The position numbers and the translations under genes were made by a program. Positions 43,097 through 57,760 of a DNA stretch of 64,000 bases are shown here, one piece after another; within the stretch, counting starts at the first letter, position 1; every line of letters begins with the position of its first letter. The notes beneath the pieces are model-generated. The model was not told where the DNA came from. It saw only the letters and a program-made list of their open reading frames with translations, and made no database searches. Origin of the DNA: the human T2T-CHM13v2.0 reference genome, Homo sapiens; assembly GCF_009914755.1 (NCBI RefSeq), contig NC_060939.1; one strand, 5' to 3'.

Positions 43097-46000
43097 TTAG
43101 AGGAGCTACATGTATCCTGGAGTCAATTCTTTGTACCTTAACACCAGAAAGATTAGTTAATAGCACCTGATAAGAACTTTTTCAGGGTGTTGGAGGTGGT
43201 GATACACTTCACAGTGATTAAAGTTTTTTACCTTTGATAAGCCCCAGAAATAAGTCAGAGACTTAATTTAGGATTCAATTTGAGAGATGTCTGTGAAAGA
43301 TGTGAGAAAGCTTAAAATACTTGATCAAAACTAAACCACAGGTCCTTGTGAAACAATAGTTATTCATTTAACCAAAGTGATTTAAAGGCAATAGAAAAAG
43401 TTACAAGGGTGTAAAAACCGTACTCCTCTCAAATTTCAGGGGTTTCTGAAAAGCATTAAACACTTAACAAAGGCAGCATAGGAACTATCTTGATAAAATG
43501 TAAAATCTTGTTTCTTAAGCCAGTTACCAAAAAGTCAAAGGAAAACCTTTCTTAGTGTGAGTGCCTCTCCTTAGAAGAAAGCCCGTTTACATAATCTGGA
43601 AGTACAACTTAAGATAAAAAGTGCTTGAATTTAATCAAACATGGGAAGAGTGTGTACAAGATTTTGAGTAGAACTGGGGAATACATGACTCTTAGTAGCT
43701 GCATGATAAGTTTCCTGATTACAGTGAAAATTTAGACACACCAAAAACAACAACAACAAAAAAACCCAAGAGTATAGAATCAGGTTATCCTGGAGGAAAA
43801 CATTTCTTTTATAGACCTCTAAAATAAAATATTTCAGCATCAGCCACAACAACATTTAGAACTAAGGAAAAAAGTTATAGGAGCTGACAAGAAGCTGAAG
43901 GATAGAGTTATCATCCCAGGCCACATCAAAGGGAGAGAAAGCTGATAGCAGCAAGACAACAATTGAACATTTGAGATATGAATCTCAGAAGTTTTCAAAA
44001 GAAGTAGATTATAGAACAGAAAATCAAAATTTACTGTAATTTTATTAAGAGTAAATTGATACCTTAAGAAAATCTTGATTTAACATAGGGGACCATTCTT
44101 TAGAAAGACTTATTAATTCCTTTTTAATTATGGCTAACTTAATTGCATACAAAATTTCTTTTATAAATTCCCCTTCACAAGCCTTATCATGACTTACACA
44201 GACCATCTGTCACATGCTTGGACTGTATACTTGTCCTGTAGTACCTGTTTCTTTTTTAATTTTTTTTCAATTTTCTTTTTCTAGATTAACTTTGTAATAA
44301 GAATCTGTTGCTTAAATAACCAGTCATTTTACTTTAGGAGAATAATTTCCCATACAAGATTCTTTCTCATAGAAAATTACTCTTTTTCCTTTATAACCTT
44401 CCTTACCAAAAGTATATGTTCCTTTCTGTATCTTTCTTCACAACTCTGTTCACCACTTACTGCTTCCTTCCCAGCTTGTTTCATAAATAACCTTTTCAAA
44501 CCCGTAATTTGAATAAACTTTTATATAACTTTGGAATTAGACAAAATAATTCTTTTTCTCAATAAGGACACCTCTTCTTTGGCACATTTGATAGAAACCT
44601 AGGAAAAAAGAAATCCTGAACTATCAGATATTAGTATTGTATAGATGAGAACCATTTCACAATTTTTAGAACAGTTTTCTCTATATAATAACCCTTTCTT
44701 AATTGGAAATGACCTAGACATCTAGTAAGCATCCAAAATGATTTTAAGATTTTAAATTATACAAAAATTTCACTTAGAAACATTGATCTCATTTATGTGT
44801 ACTCAGCTTTTCCATTTTACCAGTTTACCTAGAGTACTTTTGAAAACTGGGATATTACATCAAAGTAGTAATTATTTATTTATGTCCCTATGACCCATTT
44901 TTAAAGTCTGTGGACATTAGGTGTTTTACCTAAGTAAGAACCTTAAAGTTCAATATATGGGCATTTTGTCAATAGCACAGAAGATTTAACTGTTTTCACT
45001 GAACTAGTAATATTAAATTAGTCTAACTCATCTGTAAAATCACACAAACAAAAATGATTCTGTTTTTGGCTGGGTTTATGGTCTTATAACCTTTATGTCA
45101 TATCCTGACACCTGATGATATAGACAGAGATAAATACAAAATCATTTGTTCAGTAAACTCAGATAAAAATATATGCTGATCATTTTGAAGATATTTCCAA
45201 TATTATGTCACGAATAATCTTAAAACCAATTTTATTTCTCAAGGATTACTAAATTTACGTGAACTTGAAAAGCATCCTGACTTAATTTATGAGCACTTAT
45301 TTACTTGTAAGTCAATTTGGTAGCAGGCTAGACATAACACATAATACACATACATACACACAAACATATCTAAATATGTATACACACAGAAGTAAAGTTC
45401 TAATAGCTTTTACCTTGGGATTCTAACCATAAAATAACAGTACACACTCAGTATTTTATAAAGATAGCTGGATACACGTTATTGTCTGACAAAACTGAAA
45501 CCTGTTTCCATGGCTAAATTTTGTTTTCTGCAATACATAATCCCATGAAAGCTGTGAACCAAAATTTGGGTAAAGCAATCTTTATGGCAGTTTTGTTTTT
45601 AAAAAAGCATCTTTTCCCTTTTATTTCCTTTAGTTTTAAACAAGTTTCTTGTGTTTACTTTCTAGTTAGTCCATAAATAATGAGTCTTAGCACCGGCAGC
45701 TTAGTAACATCCAATTTGAAGCAGGCAGAAAAGAAAACAGAGGAAGAAAGAGAGGTTTTGATGACTCTGCTTAACTTAATAGTTGCAGTTAACCATTTGA
45801 GCTCTAAAGTTTTCTTGCTAGAATTTGCCTATCTGTTTAAAATGTTCACAAAAGTAGGTCTTAATAAGTAACCAGCTGAAATCCCAAAGAGAATGAGAAT
45901 ATGAAGTTCCTGCCAGGCCTTTTAAAAGGAGGGAAAGAAAAAGAAAGAAAAGGAGGTTTGTGAACCTTCTAGCGCTGCATGGTATAGGGTTGGTACCCCC

Positions 46001-46751
46001 ACCACTCTTGCTTACATCCCATCAGGGAGAGCCCCGCTACCCTAGACATGCACAGTGTGAGACGAATCCCTCCCACCTCTGCCATCATGGGGGAAGGAAA
46101 CTGTTTACAGCTGGAGAGAGCTAAGGGTACCTTTGACTGAAATGAGTAAGGCTGTAGGTGGCTTCCAAGATAGTCAGTAAGATGAAGTTGGAAGTGAAAA
46201 GGATAGGAAGAGATCAGGGCCCACACTCAAAGGTCATACACTCACACTTACAAACAAATGGTGAGCTTCCAAACAAACCCCAGTTAAGGGGCTGAGTAGA
46301 ATCCTGAATTTCTCTCCTCTGTTCAAAACAGCTCCATGGGTGTCTGAGACCAAATCGAGCAATGTCCAGTAGTGCCACCAATACAAATCCGTAAAACACT
46401 CAAATGATAGTCCCATTAGTGGACCAGATGAAACAGCAAAGCCCCAGCAACACCCCAGAAGACACAGGAAAGCGGGGTGCACTCTACTAGCTCACTTGGT
46501 TGCATGGGCTGCCAGCTTCTTCAGAGGTCACATTCTTTGTACCAGCAAAGTGTTGATGGCTGCAGAAGTTGTGCAAGGAAGTGAAAGGGAGGGTCTAGGA
46601 AATGAAAGATTTTCAGCAGCTGCTTGGAAGTTCCCTAACATTCCTGCCATGGGGTCTGCTAGCCTTCAGCTGCTGGTGCTCACAGGCAACCCTCCGCCTT
46701 GGTAGAAAAACCAGGCTCACAGGCTTGGGTTGCTCAGAGCACATAATGCTG

Positions 46752-46767
46752 CCCATACGGGCCACCA
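46752..46767 (-). other. Primer binding site, tRNA-Ile
   Basis: TGGTGGCCCGTATGGG, 15/16 to the complement of the tRNA-Ile(AAU) 3' end, 4 nt after the LTR end. Confidence 0.8.
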
Positions 46768-47414
46768 AATTTGTTACCAAACACAGGTTTGGCCACTTGT
46801 CACTTACAATATTAAATAACAAGCAAGAGGGTGGTAAAAAGAAAGTGACTTTATTTCACAGCTTAGCAATGGAGAAGAACCAGGTTCATATCTAAAGGAG
46901 CCGCTTCAGTTTTCCGGGAAGAAAGCAGGGTTTTAAGAAGAGAAACTTTCTTGTGCAGGGTATGCAGAAGGAACATGGAGGTGTGGGGTCTATGTGACTT
47001 GCTGTAAAACTTAGCTAAGGGGTCATCTGTTAGTCTGACCAGTGTCATTGAGGAAAGAGTCAGAATGTGGATTAACTATTGTCTTGAGACAGTCTCCTTG
47101 TGAGGGAGAATTCTGGATGTTGCCTGCTTTGGTTCAACATTTGGTCCTTAGAATTTCTAAGGAAACATATACTTAGATAAGCTGGCAATACTTGCAGGTT
47201 GTTTCACTGGTGGAAACGAAGGAAAGAAAAGGTTACATTTGCATTTCTGAGGAGCTAAGCAAGAGGTGAACACTGAGAAAAAGAAAAAATGCAAAGGTAA
47301 TTTTTAGGAAAATAGTATACTGGGTTACAACTTAACTTAATTTCACTGTGTCTAAAGAGCAACCCTATACTTCATGCAAACTACATAGCCTGGGGCATTC
47401 ATGTGGTGAAGAAC

Positions 47415-47423
47415 AGAGAAAAA

Positions 47424-47459
<36 letters not shown>

Positions 47460-49079
47460 TTGTAGTGCTCTTGAATTTATTTACAATGAAAATAACAAAA
47501 AGCAGTGAGAAACAGCATTTCACTGAATAACAGCACCTTAGTATTATAGTAAGCAGAGCATGGTTTGGGATAAAATTACCTGAATAATTGAAAGAATTCC
47601 ATCGTAACATGATTTCACCTATATGTTAGACCCATGGATTCTATAAACCCACTTAGAGCGTTGTACCAATGTTTAAATTACATGCTTTACAGAATCCAAT
47701 TCAAATGTATTTTTATATGTCATCAGAACTGCCATGGAAAGTGGTAACTATACATGCATTGTGGTTTTAGGTAAATTTTCTTTTAAAAAGAGGAATTGTA
47801 TATGTCTTCATAGGAAGTGATCCAGGGAAAGCTTGATTTGTTTTAGTAATTCTTTTCTTAATACTTTTACACTCTTTATCCTACTCTCATTTCTTCACAT
47901 TCACAAGAAAGAGGCTTTGTTTACCTTTCTGCTCACTTTTGGGTGATCATGATGTGTCAATGAACTCAAACAAATTTACAAGAAAAAAACAAACAACCCC
48001 ATCAAAAAGTGGGCGAAGGACATGAACAGACACTTCTCAAAAGAAGACATTTATGCAGCCAAAAAACACATGAAGAAATGCTCATCATCACTGGCCATCA
48101 GAGAAATGCAAATCAAAACCACTATGAGATATCATCTCACACCAGTTAGAATGGCAATCATTAAAAAGTCAGGAAACAACAGGTGCTGGAGAGGATGTGG
48201 AGAAATAGGAACACTTTTACACTGTTGGTGGGACTGTAAACTAGTTCAACCATTGTGGAAGTCAGTGTGGCGATTCCTCAGGGATCTAGAACTAGAAATA
48301 CCATTTGACCCAGCCATCCCATTACTGGGTATATACCCAAAGGACTATAAATCATGCTGCTATAAAGACACATGCACACGTATGTTTATTGCGGCACTAT
48401 TCACAATAGCAAAGACTTGGAACCAACCCAAATGTCCAACAATGATAGACTGGATTAAGAAAATGTGGCACATATACACCATGGAATACTATGCAGCCAT
48501 AAAAAATGATGAGTTCATATCCTTTGTAGGGACATGGATGAAATTGGAAACCATCATTCTCAGTAAACTATCGCAAGAACAAAAAACCAAACACCGCATA
48601 TTCTCACTCATAGGTGGGAATTGAACAATGAGATCACATGGACACAGGAAGGGGAATATCACACTCTGGGGACTGTGGTGGGGTCGGGGGAGGGGGGAGG
48701 GATAGCACTGGGAGATATACCTAATGCTAGATGACACATTAGTGGGTGCAGCGCACCAGCATGGCACATGTATACATATGTAACTAACCTGCACAATGTG
48801 CACATGTACCCTAAAACTTAGAGTATAATAAAAAAAAAAAAAAAAAAAAAAACTCAACAATAAGAAAGCACACAGCCTGATTTTTTAAATGTGCCAAAGG
48901 CCTTAACTGATGCCTCTCCAAAGAAGATATTCAGATAGCAAATAAGCATACAAAAAGATGCTCTACCTTGTATGTCATTTGGGAAATGCAAGTTAAAACA
49001 ACAATGTGATACCACTGTTACACAATTGATGAACCTACATTGACACATCATGATCACCCAAAAGAGAAAAAATATTTTT
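47415..49079 (-). mobile_element. L1HS insertion with 3' transduction and 5' inversion (whole event including TSDs)
   Basis: TSD AGAGAAAAAATATTTTT at 47415-47431 and 49063-49079; poly(T) 47427-47457; AATAAA on the minus strand at 47476-47481; 27-bp inverted overlap. Confidence 0.9.
47958..48852 (+). mobile_element. L1HS Ta (Ta-0) 3' ~890 bp: ORF2 C-terminus, 3'UTR and source poly(A)
   Basis: Ta diagnostics gatgACAcatt and cttaGagtataat; aaGgaCtataaa fits Ta-0; ORF 48022-48624 is the ORF2p C-terminus. Confidence 0.93.
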
Positions 49080-50608
49080 AAGATGCAAAGGAAACTGGAG
49101 ATTTTTTTAAGGAAAATCAATGAAGGAAGAAACCTTTATTGGCTTCTCCTTTTGGTGACAAATGTATTGTTCTCTTATAAGTAGAAAACTATACTTTAAT
49201 TATTTCGTAATGTAGTGATTTTACCAGCCACAACTAACAGGATAACATAGGAAAGGCAGGTTGGTGTCCACACAGGGTGACTGAATCTACCTAACACACC
49301 ATTTACTTTGTTTCTAAACAGTGTGTATTCCTTCATTCTTGGGTTGGATGCAAGATCACTGAGTCATGGAAAACTTTGTCTTTTTGTAGTCAGAAATTAG
49401 ATGAAAGCATAAAGGGGAATTACTGTTTATTAAATAATTCATTTAAATTACTTTACTTTCAATCTTTGCTTTTTGTTTCTGTACTGCGCCAGTACTCCTG
49501 TGAACCATGTCTCAGTGGAGTAATGATGGCACCACAGTCCGGCCTGCATGGCTGTTGGCATGCGTGCTCCCTCCTCGTGCAGCCATGGAGAATGGCTTCA
49601 TGAAATTCAGCCACCTCTTTCTCCAGACTGTCAGTTCCATCTTCTCAACTCTGAGGGTCTTCCAGAGTCCGTGCCACACCACAGCCTGGAAACTCTCCCC
49701 AAGCAGTAACCTGAGGCAACAGTAGCCCTCATTGTTTCACGTCTCTCAGATGTCACTGTCCTTCATTGTTTGATGTGCGCTGTCTTGCAATCCATCCTTC
49801 CAGATAAATCGTCCATTTTTACCTGTGATAAGCCATGTCCAATTGCCATAAGTTTTTCCACAACATTTTGTTTCATTCTTCCTGCAATTACGCAATCATT
49901 ACTGTACCACCGCCTATATGGATATACTTGTCAATGTGAAGCTGAGTAAGGAACAACGTTCACCAAACTCACAGACAAAGATGGACAAGCGAGCAGGCCT
50001 TTGTATCACTAAAGGGAAGCTCAGATTGGTAAATATGTAATGTCTGTAGTAGTCTCGTTGGGGACATCCACAGTATGTTAATGAATCAAAGACTGAAGAA
50101 GGATCTCAAAAAAAGAATAATATCTCTGTCTCAACTCTTATACACATAACAGACTTATTTACCCTTATTGAAAAAGTCCTTCTAGAATTTTAAATTTACA
50201 CTTTATTCATATAAAAATGAAAGCAATATTGAAATTAATTCATAAATTCACACGTATCTTGGTATTCTGATTGTGATTGTTCTGAATTAGGTGTTGACAC
50301 TTTTTCAAAGTGATGATTGATATAGTTGGATGAATATCCACCATGTTTGTTAGAATCTTCTAGTTTTTGCGCTTCCCTGTTTCCATTTTTGTCTTCCATT
50401 CATTTTCCTTTTTTTGTGGTTTTTATTCAGCATTTCATATAATTCAATCTTCTTTCTTAGCATCTCAGACTTTTTTATACTTTTTTATTGGTTACTCAAG
50501 ATAAAAACTTTTAATTTTCATATTCTTAATTGATCTTACATATAAGAGCTTATTTAATATAATTATATTCAATAGCAGACAGGTGCCTTTCAAAAAAAAT
50601 AGTAGCAA

Positions 50609-50914
<306 letters not shown>

Positions 50915-52283
50915 GCAGCAATTAATTTAATTATATTTTCCTAAGTATAAGATATATATAGATATGTGTGTATATATATACATATAAGTAAAATGAAAGG
51001 AAAAAAGGGAGAAAAGAAAAAATACAGGAAAAAGGAAGAAATAGTTAGAACTATTCTTTTATAAGATGGTTACACTACTTCTGAGGCTGTATACTTTTAT
51101 ATGACAGGAGCTTAGATTAGTAGTAAATATAAATTGCAACCTCTAGGGGAGGACACTGGATGAGGAGCCTCAGTTTTTTGCTGTCTGTGGCCAGAGGCTG
51201 CATGCAGTTATTTCCCATGTTGGCTTCTCTCCCATGGCAGAATGTGTCATCAAAGCCACCATGACAGAGAGCTTGCAGCAAGACAGGTATCATAATCTTA
51301 GGTAACATGATTACCCAAGTGACATCCTATCAGGTTGTAGTCTTCTGATATATCAAAGCAAGTTTCAGTTTCTCCCCAAAGTCACAAGGAAAGGATTAGA
51401 TATTCTAATTAAGCTCTGAGGATCATTGTGCACCATCTGAGAGTTCACCTGCCAACGTCAGGTCTTGCTTAATCTGGGACAGGTTCTCAGTCCTCACTTT
51501 GTGAGAAAACAGGTCACATAGTTTGTAAAATGTATCAAAATCCAGATTTCTCTGAATGTTTCTCATAATTTTACTGAGCAATATAGAGAGAGACATGTAA
51601 TTATCTATTTGTGAAGAGAAGAAACAGCAAACAGGACATTATTAACAAATACAAATTTAGAGACCAAAACTAAGAAAGAAAAGTTTGCGAATGGGAAAAG
51701 GAAAATTAAAAATAATGGTAATGTTCACCAGGGTAACAAAAAGCGTGGGAATGGGGAGGTGAGCACCTGGGACGCTACGAGATCGACAGTGTTCTGCTTA
51801 GTAAGCTCAATAGTGTAATTTTTAAAATATATATATTTTATTTATTTTTTAAGTCTGTGTTAGAATAGCTTGGATTTACAGAATAGTTAGAAGTACATAC
51901 AGAGAGTTTATATATATTCAACACATAATTTCCCTTTTATAAATTCTTACATTCATTTGAGACATTTGTTGCAATTGATGAACCAATATTATACATTATC
52001 ATTCAGCAACATTCACAATTAATCAGATGTTCTGTTCTCACCTAATGTCCATATTCTGTTCCAGGATTCCACCCAGGACACCACATCACATTTAGGTATC
52101 GTGTGCCAGTTTCTCAGATTTTCCTTATTTCTGATATCATTGAAATCCTTCCTTTGGGATGTCTCTGGTGTTTTCTTAATGATTGGATGGCTGTTGTGGA
52201 TTTAGCAGAGGAAACCCACAGAGGGAAACTTTTATTCTCATGATATTATAACAAGAGTACATAGTGTCAACATGCTGTATCAG

Positions 52284-52594
52284 TTTTTTTTTTTTTTTTT
52301 TTTTTTTTTGAGACAGGGTCTCACTCTGTTGCTCAGGCCGGAGTGCAGTGGCATGAACAAAGCTCGCTGCAGCCTCGAACTCCTGGGCTTGAATGATCCT
52401 CCACCTCATCCTCTTGAGTAGATGGGACTACAGGCATGTGCCACCACATCTGGGTGATTTAATTTTACTTGTACTTTTGTAGAGGCAGAGTCTCACGACA
52501 TTGCTCAGGCTGGTCTCTAAGTCCTGGCCCTAAGCGATCCTCTCACCTCAGGCTCCCAAGTGCTGGAATTACAGGTGTGAGCCACTGTGCCCAG
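52284..52594 (-). mobile_element. AluJ
   Basis: Poly(T) plus J-type dimer; degenerate TSD tgct(g/t)tatca. Confidence 0.9.
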
Positions 52595-53934
52595 CTGCTT
52601 TATCATGGTTAATGTTATTTGATCACACGGATGAGGCAGTTTAGCTCAGTTTTCTCCACTATAAAATTAATATTATTCCCCTTCTCATGTTGTACCTTTT
52701 GGAAAAAACATCACTATGCACAGCACATACATACTTCTATAAATGTCATTTGTGTTTCTGTAAAAAATATTTAACATTCCTTGGGCTGTTCTGGATCAAT
52801 TGCATTTTTCTGTGCGTTTTAGAGTCAGTGGTCCAAGAGTTGCTAAAAATGAAAAAAAATTAAAGTTAGAATTTTAGTAGGGCTTGTATTGAATCTGAAG
52901 ATGCATTTAGAAAGTATAAGCATCTTGGTTAATACTTAATAGCTTTCTGATCAATGAAAATCTAGTTCATATAGTATATTACACTAATTCTTTTATTCAT
53001 TTATTTAGGATTTCTTTAATACTTCAATATCATTTGTAATTTTCAGTATATATATCTTGCAGTTATATTATTTTCAAATATATTTCCTTTTGGATGCCAT
53101 GTTAAATGAAATTACTTTCTGAGTTTCATTATTTGATTAGTTTCTATTGTATAAGAATGCAATTTATTACATCGATCATGCATACTGAATTTTTTTTTGT
53201 TCCAACCTTATTTTAGTGAATTTTTTAGGATTTTCTATACATTAGATTATGTCACTGGCCAATAGATGTTTGACTTCTTCCCTTTCAATTTGGAAGTCTT
53301 ATATTTATTTTTCCAGCCTAATTTTATAAATTACATCCTCAGGCATAATGTTTAGTTGAATTAGTGGAATAGATAACCTTTTGTGTTTGTAATTTTGGGA
53401 AAATTACTGAGACCTACTTGATACCATGTGTTGTCATGTGAATTTTTCATGGGTGCCTGTGTTAGGTAAGAACATTCCCTTTATGCAAAATTTGTTTAGT
53501 GTTTTTACTGTGAGTGGTTTTTTGAATTGGAAAGTGCTTATTCCATATCTTTAGATGTGATAAAGAAAATTTTGTCATTTATTATATTAATATAGTGATT
53601 ACACTAATTCTTTTTATATGTTTTACCAAACTTGTGATCCTGAGAAAATAAATAAATAAATTAGTGTTTAATTCTGTTTTACGATCCTGATCTGTGTTCA
53701 GACTATTTCCTCGAGAATTATTGCTTGGGTATCCATAAAGCATATGAGTTTATAGTTTTCCTTTTTTGGACTGTTTTTGTTTGGTAGTGGCCTCAGAGGA
53801 AACTGCCTCATAGAATGTATTGCACACTGATCTCTTCTCTATTATTTTATCTTTTTGGAGAACAGTTAGTAAAAAATTGCTGTTAATATTTTAAGGGTTT
53901 CATATAAATCATCAGTGAAGTCTTCTCAACCAGG

Positions 53935-54110
53935 TCAATCACGAGAACTTAGAAGATGATTCCTCCCCAGCTGATCCTCAGGTGAGACCTCAGCCTTGGC
54001 CATCATCTACATCTGAATTCCTGACTCAGAGAAACTGTGAGTAATTTGTATGTGCTTTTGAGCCACTAAGTTATGTGGTTATTGGCTATGCTGCAATAAA
54101 CAATAATACA
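53935..54110 (+). mobile_element. MLT1 LTR fragment, copy E
   Basis: ccccagctgatcctcaggtgagacctcagccttggcc..agaaactgtgagt..taataca. Confidence 0.8.
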
Positions 54111-54726
54111 CTTAACGGTAAACATAATATGTTATCCTTGATTAGATCCAAAAAAAGGAAAAATGGCATTAGTGGAAAACCTGGTAAAATATGAAGACAG
54201 TCAGTACTTTAGTTAATAGTTTTGCGCCTTTATCAGTTCTTGAGTTTTCATAGATAGTCTATGGTTCTGTTGTGATATTAATATAATAGGAAATTGAAGG
54301 GTATATACAACTTTATGTAAGGTTTTAACAACTCTCTGTTAATCTAAAATTATTTCAAAATAAATAGAAGTGTAGACATGGCTCATATATTTGAGATCAG
54401 GTCTCCCTGTTAACTTAATTGAGCCTTCATGGAACCTAAATCTCATGGCACAAATGCAATAATATTATAAAATATAAATCAGATGAGTTTCTATTTTACT
54501 CTCTTCTTCAGGGAACGCTAAAGCCCATTCTTCTTCTCAAGTATTCAAAAACAAAGTTGATCCAAGTAACAAGTGGACAGCATAAAAGATTGTATGGAAA
54601 CTATAATGCATCTACATCTGCAGTAACTAATCATAAAATGATTTGTATGATCATTCTTCACATGATTAGAATGACTATGGGAAAGAAGAAAAAGAAGTGC
54701 AACTTTCTTGATTTAAAAATTGTATC

Positions 54727-54905
54727 CGTGCAAGTGTGGTGGCACACACCTGTAGTCAGTCCCAGCTGCTAGGGTGGGTGGGTAGGATGAACATGTGGTA
54801 CCAGGATTTTGAGGCTGTGTAGCGTGCTATGCTTGTGCCAGTGAATAACCAGTGCACTCCGGCCTGGGCAACATAGTGAAACCCCATTAAATAAATAAAT
54901 GAATA
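54727..54905 (+). mobile_element. FAM/FRAM-type Alu monomer
   Basis: gcgtgctatg..gtgaataaccagtgcactccggcctgggcaacatagtga followed by a (TAAA)n tail. Confidence 0.75.
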
Positions 54906-54964
54906 AGTTACAGAGATCATTGTTTATATTTCTATGATTAGGTCTGAAATCCTCTAGATAGAGA

Positions 54965-55265
54965 TTTTTTGTTGTTTTGTTTTTTGAGACGGAGTCTCAC
55001 TTTGTCACCCAGGCTGGAGTGCAGTGGCGTGATCTTCTCCCTGCAAGCGCCTCCTCCCAGGTTCACGCCATTCTCCTGGCTCAGCCTCCCCAGCAGCTGG
55101 GACTACAGGCGCCCGCCACCATGCCCAGCTAATTTTTTTGTGTTTTTAGGAGAGGCAGGGTTTCACCATGTTAGACAGGATGATCTGGATCTCCTGACCT
55201 CATGATCCGCCCGCCTCAGCCTCCGAAAGTGCTGGGAATACAGGTGTGAGCCGCCGCACCTGGCC
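54965..55265 (-). mobile_element. AluY
   Basis: ttcacgccattc; TSD gagatttttt. Confidence 0.88.
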
Positions 55266-55439
55266 TGAGATTTTTGTTTATCTTTGGAGAGCTACCACTC
55301 CAGTGCAAACTTTCAAATAATGCCTTGCCAGTTTTACTTTCCCTCTCAAGGATTCCTGGAACTATAGTTTATAAAATTATCTCGCAGCATGTGTGTTATT
55401 TCACAGCATGTGTTTTATTTTTACTTCTGTTTGCTGTTA

Positions 55440-55752
55440 AGGCCTCTCTGGATGGTGACTATAACCTATAACCTTGCCCAATACGACTCAGGGTTTGGTA
55501 CTGGCTGTGCCTTTCATGGGATGCTTACTTATCCTGGTCGATGGCCTAAAGCCCAACCGTCCAGCTTACATCCAGGTATCCCTCTCACAGAGTACTTCTT
55601 TATACTGTAAGACACCCTGTGGCTCCTGTCTGACCTGTGTCTAGTTTATTTCTACCAAGGTAACCACTCTCTAGGAGAGTGCTAAGTGGGAGAAAAGTGA
55701 TGTCCATGTGTGTTCGTAAAGTGAAATACAGAGGAGGCAACTCAACAAAATG
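55440..55752. mobile_element. Old ERV LTR fragment (MER67-like), paralog of 28095-28435
   Basis: Shared motifs and the same position within the unit. Confidence 0.55.
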
Positions 55753-55933
55753 TGTATAATGGCATGAGTCATGTATTACTAACCAATCCCAGTAAGAAGA
55801 GGGCAGCATTCCTTGAAGTGCAGATGGAAAGAGAAGAGCTCTCCAGGACATACACTCATAAGCAGCAGGGGTGGTGGAGGAGCAACTAGAGACAGACATA
55901 GTATTGCACCATTTGGCTGAAGTCTTTATGGGT

Positions 55934-57155
55934 GTATTTGTCAGTTGTTTTTTTTTTCCAGAGAGACAGGGAGGTAGATAGGTAGGTAGATAGATACATA
56001 TATAGATGGAGAGTTGATAGATAGATAATAGTTCAATGAGCGGCATTTTGTTTGGGGATTTACTCATGTAACATTGTAGAGACGGAGCATTCCCGAGACA
56101 GCCATCTGTGAGTTTAAGGACCTTGGATGCTGTAGCGTGGTGGCTCAGTCCAAAGCTGAAATCTTCAGAATCAGGGAAGCCCTTGGTGTAATTCTCAGTT
56201 TGGGACCAATGGCCTGAGAATCCAGGGCATTTACTGGTGTAACTTCTGGAGTTTCAAGGCCATAGATCATGGAATTCTGTTTTCCAAGGGCAGGAAAAGG
56301 AGTATACCTTCTTCAGGAGAGAGAGACAGGAAGACTTTTTAAAAATTTTTCATTTTTGGTTCTATTTGGTCCCCAAGGAGATTGTATGCTGCCTTCCCCC
56401 ATTGAGGGTGGATTTTTTTCCACTAAATTCCCTGAGTCATACACCAATCTCCTCTGGAAACACCCTGGCAGACACACCTAGAAGTAATGCTTCACCAATT
56501 CTGTAGGTATTCTGTAATCCAGTCAGCGTCTTAAATTAACCATGACAAATCCAGCACCTTTCTAGTTGGCACCTATATGTGTCACCTTAAGCCATAACTA
56601 ATCTTCAAATACAGACAATAACAAGGCAATAGTTCTACCTAACATTATGCAACGATCCTGTGTGCAACCAGAACACACTATACTATTTTTCTTAAGAGTA
56701 GTAGAAGTTTGTGGGTGATGTTTACTCTTCTGATACCCCATAACTTCAATACAAATATATTAAATTACTAACACTTAACTGCTAATATCAAGTTAATGCA
56801 TTCTTGTGTTATGTGATAAAAGAAGAGAGAAATAAAAACAATGTTATTTGGCTAATAAATGTATATATAACATGCAAATGTATTCTTAAAGTAGATAGGA
56901 AATACTAGTGACAATTTTAATCCTTGTTTCTTTAACTGGTCACCTGGTCCTGTCTGCTATTTGTAACTCCCTTCTACTGCTACCCATTCAGTATTCTCTT
57001 TGTCTTCAGCAAGCCCCTCTGCTGGTCCTGGGTCTTTACCTGGCAGGGTGATGCAAACCTTCATTCCTGAAAGATCTGGATCATTTGTATTCTTGTCTGG
57101 AATGGTTGTAATATTCCATTGAACTTAATAACAGGGCATAGTAATACTAAGACTT
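55934..57155 (-). mobile_element. MLT2B-like LTR (55934-56547) plus ERVL internal
   Basis: TAGA-rich tract, ggctcagtccaaag, ggaaacaccct..aaattaaccat, followed by ERVL-int sequence. Confidence 0.82.
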
Positions 57156-57760
57156 TGTTTTAGTCCATTTTCTGTTACTTATAACAGAATACCTGAAACT
57201 GGGTAGTTGATAAAGAAAACACATGTGTTTCATACAGTTATGGAGGCTGAAAAGTCCAAGGTTGAGACGTTGTATGTGGCGAGATCCTGTTCCTGGTTGG
57301 AACTCTCTGAAGAGTTCTGAAGCCTACAGGGTAGCGTATGGCAATGGAGTAGAGCTTGCTGACATGCAAGATCATGTCTCCCTTCTTATAAGCCACTCTT
57401 CTCTCATAGTAGACTATTAATCTTTAAATATTAATTTATTAATCCATGAAAGGATTAATTCATTTATGGGGTCAAACTCTTCATGATCCAGTCACATTTT
57501 AAAGGTCTCACAATTCAGTACTGCCATGTTAGGGATGAAATTTCAGCATAAATTTTGGAGGGAAGCAATATTCCAACCACAGGACTCCACTTCTGACTCT
57601 AAAAATAAAGCCCTGTCACTTACAAAAAGTTTATTTAATTCCTATCGTTCAAAGGCTTAAATTGTTCTAGCACCAGCAGGAAGTTCCCAAATCTAAAGTC
57701 TCCTCTGTCAGCCCATGAAATCAAAACAAGTTATCTTCATACAAAATTCAGCAGTTGGGT
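57156..57760 (-). mobile_element. MSTC-like LTR (57156-57584) plus short MST internal
   Basis: tgttttagtccattttctgttacttataacagaatacctgaaactggg.. Confidence 0.8.

Noticed and set aside
47936-49064. 27-bp inverted repeat read as DNA-transposon TIRs or a local target inversion
   Set aside because: The outer TSD, poly(T) and AATAAA show it is the overlap left by twin priming within a transduction.
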